Source of the DNA: Podarcis melisellensis
Lineage: Eukaryota
Assembly (NCBI GenBank): GCA_964234715.1
Contig: OZ174283.1
Length of the DNA stretch: 64,000 nt
Direction: 5' to 3' (one strand)
Every line of letters begins with the position of its first letter. Within the stretch, counting starts at the first letter, position 1. Under the pieces are notes generated by a model. It saw only the letters and a program-made list of their open reading frames with translations, did not search any database and was not told the DNA's origin. Of this stretch, positions 1-27,400 are shown in pieces. Both the position numbers and the translations under genes were made by a program.

Positions 1-257
1 ATTGAGTGGAGAATTAAATGCTGAAACGTACTATCTACAATATTCTTCATCTATCAATTTAAAAGTTACAAAATGTCTACTGAAACTTTCTGCAATGAAT
101 AATGGAAAAAATATTTAGATTAACAATTTTCAGTAGAAGACCCAGTATGATCAGCAATTTGATGGTTATATAATTCTAAATTGGGAGAAAGGAATAAACA
201 TTGGACAGTCAACATTCTTAAAAGGTACATGAGATCAAGACAACAAATGTTAATATA

Positions 258-421
258 CCATATTTTTCTGTGTATAAGACTAGGTGTCCCCCCCAAAAAA
301 TAATGTCAAAAATCAGTGGGCGTCTTATACACGGATAATGCAGAGGGTGGACTGGCGATTGGTTGTTGTCCCCAAAATGTTGTCTTATACATGGGGGCAT
401 CTTATAGATGGAAAAATATGG
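258..421 (-). mobile_element. Tc1/mariner-superfamily (Tc2-like) MITE
   Basis: TIRs CCATATTTTTC..TATAAGA at both ends, TA on both flanks; same family as 3168..3334 in the opposite orientation. Confidence 0.75.
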
Positions 422-637
422 TAGTTTGTCATCTCTGTTATTAGATTGGGTAGGCAATAGATCAGAAGTGATATCATAACTGTATAACCATGCCAAAAAG
501 ACAAAATAGTGGATATATGCAGCTTGTCATGAGAAACACCACTTTGGGTTACCTGCTTCTTAAATACTTGATACATTTGTGAAGTTTTGAGGTGCAGAAA
601 GAAAACAAAGTATCTCTTTTTAATTTTTATGTTCCAG

Positions 638-17458
<16,821 letters not shown>

Positions 17459-17501
17459 ATTCTAAGTTTTTATCACTAACTTTAAAGTAGTTCTTTAATT
17501 T

Positions 17502-17527
17502 TACGGGTCTTCATAAGATGTACTGTA
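17502..17527 (+). promoter_or_regulatory. miRNA seed matches in the SMARCA5 proximal 3'UTR: miR-99/100 7mer-m8 (TACGGGT, 17502-17508) and miR-101 8mer (GTACTGTA, 17520-17527)
   Basis: Exact reverse complements of the seeds ACCCGUA and ACAGUAC. SMARCA5 is a known miR-99/100 target in mammals. Confidence 0.6.
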
Positions 17528-17617
17528 CAATTCTCAACTATTATGTCATTAAAGGACATTGGGTTCATGTGTTTACTTACTGAACTAGAAGAATAGTAAT
17601 GTAGTTTCACTTTTTTA

Positions 17618-17667
17618 AATAAAACAGCTGTGCTGAACTTTTTTTTACCATTAACACTTGAAATAAA
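17618..17667 (+). terminator. Candidate SMARCA5 polyadenylation signals (AATAAA at 17618-17623 and 17662-17667)
   Basis: Two canonical hexamers 160-210 nt after the stop codon, with T-rich sequence downstream; usage not verifiable from sequence. Confidence 0.45.
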
Positions 17668-17997
17668 AAATAGGCTTCATTTACTGGTCACTAACTTTTT
17701 TATATGTTGTCCCTTTCTTTCTGCATGAATAATGTTGAAACTCATGGCTCAAGATTTGTTGGGTTCAGAAGTAGCAATACAAAGTGGCTTTTACAGTTGT
17801 CTATTTTAACAGTGACCGAGATAAACCTAGAGGTGCTGACACTAATTGTTAATGTGGAGTAAGAAATAGGCAAAGAAAAATCTCAAAGGTAAGTACAGTT
17901 CCTGAGAGGTCTGTTGCATTCACTTACATGCAAACATCTTTTGCAGTGGTTGGTACTGATTGCTTGATTGTTGTACAAACTAGGCTTTCTTAACTTA

Positions 17998-18467
17998 CCG
18001 TATTTTTCGCCCTATACGATGCACTTTTTCCCCTCCAAAAATGAAGGGGAAATGTGTGTGCATCCTATGGGGCAAATGCAGGCTTTCGCTAAAGCCTGGA
18101 GAGCATGAGGGGTCGGTGCGCACCAACCCCTCTCGCTCTCCAGGCTTCAGGAAGCTCTCCGCAAGCCTTGGGAGCCTGGCGCGACTTCCTGCTGGGCTCC
18201 CAAGGCTTGCGCACAGCAGCCTGCAGCCCGAAACCCGGGGAGCGCAGTTGAGCGCGCCCCGGGCTGCTATCCACAAGCCTGGGGAGACCGGCGGGAGTTC
18301 CCGCCGGGCTCCCAAAGCTTGCGGATAGCAGCCTGCTCTGGGGGCTGGGGTCGGGGGAAGCTCGGGCTTCCTCCGCCCCAGCCCCACGCCTGGGGGGGGG
18401 GGATTTTCTTTATTCCCCTCCCCCCCAAAAAAAAACCTAGGTGCGCCCTATAGGGCGAAAAATACGG
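17998..18467 (+). mobile_element. Tc1/mariner (Tc2-like) MITE, young, with multiple internal hairpins
   Basis: Perfect 19-bp TIR CCGTATTTTTCGCCCTATA, TA target duplication, CpG-rich interior. Confidence 0.88.
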
Positions 18468-20882
18468 TAGTTTGAACTGACCAGCTTAATTTTCAGGGGT
18501 AATACAGCGTAAGAATAGTAAGGAGACAAGTAATTCACACAAAAATGTATTAAAGAAAAAAACCTTTATAAAACATTTTGGCAATTTCACAATGCAAAGT
18601 GTAAGGTCACAATTATAAGAACGTATAAGCGACAGGACAATTCAATGATAATGTTTCAGTGCTTGCCTGAACCGGCTTTGCTCATATCTGGAAAACAAGT
18701 AGTAGCATAAGCATATTGCAGAAATATACAACAGTGTCAAATGTATGTTTTAATGCTTATATCTCTGATTCCATAAACAGCAAGAAAGGAGCTGGTCAGT
18801 AACAGGTCACGCAGAAGGTGAGGTAATGAAGGAATACTTGCATTTTAGACCCTTTCAGTAACTTTGTATTGTTGAAACATCTGCTTCAGCATCCCGAGAC
18901 TGGGTTGGTGGGACTTGCTGGATTAATTTGCTTTGCCCTCCCTTGCACTCTGGAAAAAACAGGTCCCAGGTAGGCAGGAGGAAGATCCCCTCTACCTTAG
19001 TTTAAAATGCATAGCATCAATTACTTCCAAGCAAGTTTAGAGAATTGCACTGTAAGTCCTGAGTTCAATGGGGTTTACATATTACATAAACAGGTTTAGA
19101 TTGCGGACTTTTAAACACATAGTAACTGTTCTCCTTTGTCAAAAGGTTGCTGCAGTCTACTGGGCCACAGTGGCTAAATGAAGTATCTGAGGTCAGCTGC
19201 CATAGTAAAACTCAATTTCCATGTTTGGAGGGCTAGCCTGTAGCCCCTACCATATTGTGTATGCTCTCTAGTTTGTAGAAGGCAGATTTATCAATTGACA
19301 GCTTTCCCAGTTCAGTTTCATCACTTAGGTTTTTTCTTAACAACACTATTTACAGTTATGTGCTTTGGGGGGTTTTAAAGTCAATAAGGAATTTTTAATT
19401 ACCGTAATTGCATATATGTTTGTTTCTTTTGTGATAGAAACAAGTATTGGGGCACAAAGTACCTCCTGAATGAAAAAGCAAATACTTCTAAAATAGGCAC
19501 CACCACTTAGCTGTTAAAAAAATCTGACCAATGAAGCTTAGTGAACATGTCTCATAAAAATTATGACTTGCTTTTGAGTAAACATGCATAAAATTCTCCA
19601 TAATTGAATTTTCTGTGAACAGACCTTCTAAACCCATTATCTTAGCTGTAGGCAATGCTCAGCAGAATACATGAAATTTACAAAAGCTGCATGTAGAATA
19701 AATGAATCTTTAACTACATTTTTTTAGTGTTATATATACTTACTGGCAAACTGAGATGGTTGCTGTATTTAAGTTGTCATGGACGTGACTGTCTTCATCT
19801 TACAGCAATTTGAGTCTGTCAGATGCTGACCAGTGCCAAATATTGTTTCAAAAATGTGGGCAAAGGTAAAGGGTTACCTGACATGGAACAGAACAGCCTG
19901 AACCACATGGTGCTGCTTCACACAAATAAGAAACCATGCAGTCTAGCTTCTTCGTACCACCGTTACAGCATTAGAAAACATGCTTCGCACAACCCTTTAC
20001 CAAAACATTTGGTGGTAATGATTCCAAGTTCCTTTACTGAAGTGGCTGCATTTGATGGTTTAGAGATTACATAGCTGGATTAGTTCTTTTGCTCAGTGAA
20101 TCTGACAACAAATTATAGGATATAAATGTCTTAAGTTATTCACAATATCTTACAAAATTTGCCAAACTAATGGACATTTTACTAACTGCAGGCAGACAAA
20201 AGGAAGGGCCATCTAGTAATGATTTAGGGTTATTGTAAAAGGCATGATAAAATACTAAGGACGCGTCAGCTTTCGCGTCTTGTATTAAGGTGTGTTTGTA
20301 ATACCATTTGGGAAATACTCTTTAAATTAGCTTTCCATTTTTTCCAGTGTATCTCTCAGCCACTCAGACAGTACAATTCTGCCCTGAGATTTAATTACAG
20401 ATACTTTTCTTCTACCCTATCTCATTAAAATCTGACCCCTTCTCTCATTCTCCCTCACACCACCCCTTTCCATATACAAGACGGGTTATAACTAGACATC
20501 ATACAAGTTAAACAAAAAGGAAATCAATATCCCTTTGAGGAGCACCAGGCTTTCATGATGGTAGGTAAGGCACATTAATAGCTGCTAGCTGATGATTTAT
20601 CTTTTTTAGCACCATTTGAAGAAGAAAGGGGGAAAGCTAAGTTTATTCCAGGAATCCATCCTGTTTTCCTGGGTAGGTGGGGAGGAAGTTAAGTTATAAA
20701 TAAAGCACTCACACTTCTACACACTTCACCTTGTTTGCTACACTTTTTGTATGCTGGATATCTCACACAACCTAGCACCAACACGGCAGCTCCCAAGTCT
20801 GTGCAAACACAGCCCCCCAACACCAGTTTTTATGATGAAATGAAGTATCTTCAAACAACAACCCTCACCTTTGTGATGTGAT

Positions 20883-21413
20883 TTAGACTTCAGAGCTATC
20901 ACTGCTGCTGTGCCGCGTGGTCACAGTTTCATTACTGCTGGAATAGCCAGTGCAGGAATTTGCTTTCCCATTAGTAGAACGTCCCTTTCTCTTCAGTAGG
21001 AAGATGATAATCAAAACTGTGCTGATCAGAAGCAGCAGCCCAGCTGCACCTCCGACAATAGGTACAATCCTGTCTTCCATGTCGCTTCCAGTAATTTCCA
21101 GGACCGGCTTCTCATACGGTTTACCTGGCGGGGACCAATCTTTCTGCTCAATAACAATTTTGTTAGACCGGTCAAGAGCTATGTGCTGGATGTTGGTGCC
21201 TCTATTCTTATCTGCACTGATATCTTGCGCAAGCGTAGGAGCATCCGAGATGGCTCTCCGACTGCGACCAGAATGTGTAGCACCTGGGATTCCACTGGCT
21301 GAAGATAAAAAGTGATGGTACTCGACACTTCTCTTTCCAAGGCCTCTGTGGGCATTCTCACGGGACCGAACCATGTAGATAGTGTGGATGTACCATTCTC
21401 GACCTGCTGCTAC
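20883..21413 (-). CDS. FREM3: FREM3 last coding exon ([13 protein letters not shown]...RSRR...[27 protein letters not shown]...DSSEV*)
   Basis: minus strand aacag|GTA ... TAA; furin-type RSRR, a 25-aa hydrophobic helix followed by KRKGR, and a class I PDZ ligand. Confidence 0.93.
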   Translation of the reverse strand, partial: VAAGREWYIHTIYMVRSRENAHRGLGKRSVEYHHFLSSASGIPGATHSGRSRRAISDAPTLAQDISADKNRGTNIQHIALDRSNKIVIEQKDWSPPGKPYEKPVLEITGSDMEDRIVPIVGGAAGLLLLISTVLIIIFLLKRKGRSTNGKANSCTGYSSSNETVTTRHSSSDSSEV

Positions 21414-24400
21414 CTGTTAAATTAAAAACACACATGACAACTTTAAGCAAATTTAAGTTGCTAAATGCCTCCTAATCTCTCTGGGGCTCAAGATTTCAAA
21501 TATGACTGTCACCCAGAGTACTGCTCCTGACACAAAAATAACATGACAATGCTATTTTGCATGGGAGGGGGGCAGACTTTAACAACACTGTATGCAAACA
21601 TAAAACATGTCCCTTGATTTAAGATGGAATGTTTACAATCTATTCCAGGAGGTATTTGAAGGCGAGGATTATGCATCCCTTGATCAATAACATTTAACTG
21701 TTTTATTTATTTAGTTCTACTGACATGAAAAAAGATTTCATAATAAATAGGTTTGGATTGATGGTGCCCAAAATTGTCTTTCATGTAAATTTATATGACA
21801 AAGAAAGCAAAAAACGTTTTTGACAAAATTCCCAGAACACTTTTTTTTAAAAAAAAATCACTCTTATGCATAAGGCTGCGTTTCGAAAAACTGCAAGAGT
21901 TTTGAAAAATACCTTGCTAGTTAGGAAGCTAGTTTCCAACATACAAAGGTTCTGGAACAATATTGCTCTCAGAGGTTACCTGGAATAGCGGAGTCGACAA
22001 CATGCTGAATCCATCAGACCCTGGCTGCTTTACCAAAGGATAACCATCTATGTGATCAACAGCGAGTTTTGCATTGAAGGCCATATTTCCAAACACTTTT
22101 GCCTGGGTATCAGGCTGAGCTTTATCCTAGAAGACAAAGAAACCAACACTGGTACATTATTACATTCAGGATTTCAAACTTGTTGTATTAGGACTGTGCT
22201 GTAGTGTACCATGGTACATACCAGAATCTTGAATCTGTATAAGAGGGAAGGGGAGTCTGCTAGGCAACCATATTCCTTGTTATCCGGACTGTACTTGGGG
22301 ACATACCCGTCAGCCCCAGTGCACAAAAACACCTTCTCGATGTTACAGATGAAAGAATCTCCTAAATTCTGGACAGGATCCACCATGACACGACCATAGA
22401 TTTCAGAGCCTAGAAATATTTTTAGAAAAAGTTATTTAGGAATACCATTGATACCCCTTACCTTCAAACGCAATCAGACCCCATAGGGCAGACAATAGAA
22501 GACTAATAATATACAATATAGAAATAATTAACATCAATTATTTTTGTTACAATAAATGTAATTAAAAACATACAATAAAATAAAATGTGTACTACTTTAT
22601 ATAAAGCCCGGTATCCCAAAACACAGCATAAACACCTTTAATGCTCCAAAGATCTCAATATTTCTTAAAGTTTTTTGGGGGGGCAGGGATATTTTTCCCT
22701 GATGCCTAAGACAGGCACCCTGTGAACATCTCTGGGAAAGCATTCCAGAGGTGAGGACTCTTTTGTATGTCACCATCTGCTGCACTTCAGAAAGCAGAAG
22801 TACCTGGAGAGAAGTCTCAGATGAAAATGTGAACTGATAAAGGGGAAGGCAATCCAACAGAGATCTAGGTCCTCCGCTCCATTTTTTAAAAGGCCAAAAC
22901 ATACCAGGTGCCAATGAAGTTGTTGCAAGGTAGGCTCTATTAATGTGACTTGCATTAGCAAGTGAGCCACAGTATTTTGAACTAGCTGCAAGTTATGAAC
23001 CTTTGGCCCTTCAGATGTTGCTGAACTGCAACTTCTACCACCTCTGACTATTGTCTATGCTTGCTGGGGTTGTTGGGAGCTGACGTTCAGCAACATCTGA
23101 AGGGCCAAAGGTTCCTCACACCTTGTCTAGAAAGCATGGGTCACTGAGGTCGGAAACCAGGAACCCTTAAGTCTCTGTTGGTGCTGTAAGTATCCAGCTG
23201 AAACCACTCCATTTCTGATACCAAAGTTTGGGGCTCTTTTTTTTAGTAGTGAGAATGTTTGAATACATTCTTTTCATAACTTCTCCCCTGCACCCCACCC
23301 CCAGTTGTTAAGTGGACCATTTGCATCTCATAACTTCACCAAAATATTGCTCTTGCACAGAATTTGAAATGTGCAGAATTAAGCATTCTGAGAATCTCTC
23401 ATTTTGTGCATATGCAAATTTTTAGGCTTCTTGTCAGCAAAGTTGGACTTTAAAATGTACAAGTAATGTCTGCTAAAAAGAAACCAGAGCAGAAAAGGAA
23501 ATGGTGCTTCAAGGGACTACTTCTTGCCCCTCATGTCAAGCAGAATAAAATTGTTCATAATACAGTGGTACCTCTGGTTACGTACTTAATTTGTTCTGGA
23601 GGTCTGTTTTTAACCTGAAACTGTTCTTAACCTGAGACACCACTTTAGCTAATGGGGCCTCCCGCTGCCGCTGCACCGCCGGAGCACAATTTCTGTTCTC
23701 ATCCTGAAGCAAAGTTCTTAACCCGAGGTACTATTTCTGGGTTAGCGGATGTAACCTGAAGCATATGTAACCCGAGGTACCACTGTAAAGCAATTGTGCT
23801 CAATTTGCATGATGTACACAATGGTGCTAACCTTACTTGGTTAGCAAAGTAACTTTGCAATCAGGATGGTAGAATCAGGCTTTCACTTACTGGGCTGACT
23901 AATGTTAAAGTGAATTTGCACAAGCTTATCTTGCTAAATGACTTCACATCAATCCTAGTTAAGCGTTCTCTTTGCATTTCTCAGAGATACAACCATCTTG
24001 TCAAGACATGTTGAGTGCAACCCCACTTTTCCTCACTAGGGGGCAACCCATATCCAACCACACAAGCCCAGGGGGTTCTGCATAATAGATGTTAATTAAG
24101 TACTGATCAAACAGATGGTTTTGCTTTCCTAGCAACAGTTTGAGTATGCAACACATTATGAACACTATGAATCCTACTTTCTAATAGCAATTTCATTCAG
24201 GGTCACTTTGTTCAAGAACTTTCAAACTCAAGAAATGGTTCTTAAATACAGCCACCCTTTAAAACACCCTTGAAGCCTAACCAGAGCTATTTTTCCTGGT
24301 AACTTTTATTAAAGCATCTTCTTCCTTCAAAACACGCCTCCTTTTTCTATTCCCTTTTCACGTTCTCAACTATGAAATCATAGCATTAGTCAAAGGTGGG

Positions 24401-27400
24401 GAATAATATTAAGAAGAAAGAACATTAATTGATCCTAACACGATGCTAAAAGTAGCATGCCAGCATCTATATGTAAAGAGTAAAACTATTTCTTTGCCTT
24501 CTGTGAATGCAACATCTGTTCCTTCTCCAAATCCCATGGAGCCATCAGAAAGCCAGAGGTCCTTCTTTGACAACAGGAACATTTGGGTGTTTAGACTGAA
24601 TTCAGCTGCTACCGGGTCACTGACCTATATAAAAAGAAAAAGAATCACTGTTTTGAAACTCAGCTATTAGTTTCTCAATTTCAGTTCTTTCTGATGCTTG
24701 CTCAACATCAGCTTGCTTGCTTTAGCCCTTCAAATTTAAAACAGCTAATTATGCTGTTTTAAATGTATATTTTATATTTAACTTTCTTTAGTAATTTTTC
24801 TTATGAAATATTTAAGATAATATTTTAGTTTCCTGTTAATTATGTTGTTTTGACTGTATACTTGAACTTATTTGGTAATGTTTTATTCTGGATTGTTTTA
24901 ACTGATGTGTTAATGTAGTCATAAACCACTTTGAGATTTTTCTTCTTAAAAATATAAAGCAGTATAGAAATGAAAATAACAACAACCACAACCTCTTTGC
25001 ACAAGAGCAGAGTCTGTGCAAGCAGACTGAATCCATTAACCCATTTATTAGAAGAAACACACTTTCATCAGAAAGTTCTATTCATAATATAGTGCAGAAG
25101 TCTTGAAGACAACCATACTGAGTGAGACCAGTGGTCCACCTAGGCTTGTATTATCAATGCTGAAGAGCAGTAGCTTCTGAAGACTCAGGCTAAGATCCTT
25201 CCCATCACTTCCTTATTTGATTCCTTTAACTGGTGATTTGGGCATTGATCTTGGGGCCTTCTGCATATAAACCACTACTAATGAATTATGCCCCTCTTCT
25301 TCCCATTCATTAGGCTCAGTATAGCTTTTAAATCTTGGCTGATCCCTCCCATCTTATGGCACTTCCAGGAGAAGGATTTTGGGCCAAACACTCACAAATC
25401 ACTAAAGGACTGTGCTAGTTTTGATGCTCAATGCAGCTGGTTAAAAATGAGAGACCAAGGACCAGCAAGACACCATCAGTGGTACAGTCCAAATCAGTTA
25501 CTACAATGCAGCCCTCTTGTGCTAGCTAGTAGCTCTACACTGAAGTGCCCTCTCTTCTACTTCAAGAGTGGAAAGGGACATGGAGCTGCTGCCCAAAGTG
25601 GTGGGCATGTCAAATGAGCTCTACTCTTTCCCTGTAACCATCCGCAATCCTTCCCAGCCAAGTGATATGGAGAAGATACAGGGAAACATAGCACGCAGAT
25701 AAGTGTGCCAAAATTACGGGGAGAGAGGAAAAATAACTTGGCACAGGGCTGTGATTTTCAAGTGGGACATCAAATTCCACACCCAAGTTTAGCACTACAG
25801 TTAATGGCAAAGAAGATTGGTTGTATCCAATAGCGGCTTAGTGCAAGAACCATGGCAAAATGGGGTCTCTTGTTTGGCTCTTTGGCTAGCTCAAAGTCAC
25901 CACTGGATACAGTCCACTGTAAATTTAAACATTAATTCTGCTCCCCACTCTTCACCCCAAGTAGGTGGATTTTTAAATATTCAGGACCAGCTCTTCTAAG
26001 TCAGTGGAAAATAAAAAATACAGTATGTAAAACAAGTACCGACTCTACTACTGATGAGCTGCACAAGTAAACAATTTAGTTCAATTTAATTGCCAAGGGA
26101 GTGTGCATGATGTGCCAGATAAATGCAGTCAAAATACTTTGTTGAGAGCATTAAACACAAGAGAGGTTTTACCTGCTGGAACCTGATATCTAGATCAAAG
26201 GTGATTGGCTCCCGGGGGCTACAAATGACAGGCTGGGTATATTCTTGGCTGGGTGCAGCAATACAGGGGATAAGTTTCACAGTGTAAGTCCCCGAATAGT
26301 CACGTACCTACAATAAGGGGTGCAAGATCAGAATATGAAGTTTTTGTTTAAAAGTGTTTTAGTTTAATACATGCACACACACACACACAACAAAAAGATA
26401 CTACATTTGTCAATGGTCTCTTTGGCATAATACTGCTTCACTTGGCTGTTTAAATTCATCTGTTTTGGGCATCTACTTTTTAAGAATCATGGTGGCTGCT
26501 TCTGAGCAGAGCATCAGCTGTTTCTTCTCACTGATTCTGACACCCACCCACATCATGCAACTCTTTTTGTCTTCCTACAATCCTAACGTGCAACCCCACT
26601 GAACTCAATGGGATGTACTTCTGAGCAAACATATTTAGGGCTGGATATGCTTAGGATTCAAGAAAGGGCTTAAAAGATTGGTGTTCATTTCTGTCTGCAT
26701 CCAGAGCTGACAGGTATTTTATATTTTAATTAAGGTGAAACCATTATGGCTTTCCTTCTAGCAGTAAGAATCACAGGTGACTGAAGTTATCATTCGAAAC
26801 CAATGTTGAGGCTGACATATCTTTGGTATATAAATCTTCCACTATCTCATCATTTATTTGCATTTTGCTTTTCTCCCCTAAAAGGAAGCCCAAAGTAGCT
26901 TACAACATAAAAAACCCCAAATACATACAAAGCAAAGGACCCCATACCCCCAAAATCTGAAAATAAAAGAACTACAATAAGTCTATATGATAAACATTAA
27001 ATTCAAAACTTAAGAAAACACCAGTTCAGTTAATAAAGAATAAAAAGTACTGATGATTTTTTTTGGAATTGAGAAAATTTTACATTTCAGATTCCAAGAG
27101 GCACTGTGTGAATTGGGCATAACTTTCTCCATAGTTTGTGCCCAGCAGGGGACACTGTAATGGTGTTGAATTTGGAGAAGTGATGTTCATCCATGTATTC
27201 AGACATGAAGCTTGCTGGGTAGCAAAATGCTGGACAAAATACGCAGATGTGTTGGTTTTGGAGAACACACAATCTATCAGCTTAACCAATCATAGAGTTG
27301 TGAGAACAATGTATTATGTAACAGCCACAAGCCTCCCCACCCCCCTCAAAAGGTACCACAGAAAACTGCATTGTTGGCACTCACAGCAAAATCTGAGACA

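Noticed and set aside
1-637. SMARCA5 promoter or first exon
   Set aside because: AT-rich intronic sequence with no CpG island; exon 1 must lie upstream of the window.
17995-18387. 130-aa and overlapping ORFs
   Set aside because: They lie entirely within a GC-rich MITE, where open frames reflect stop-poor composition; no transposase motifs.
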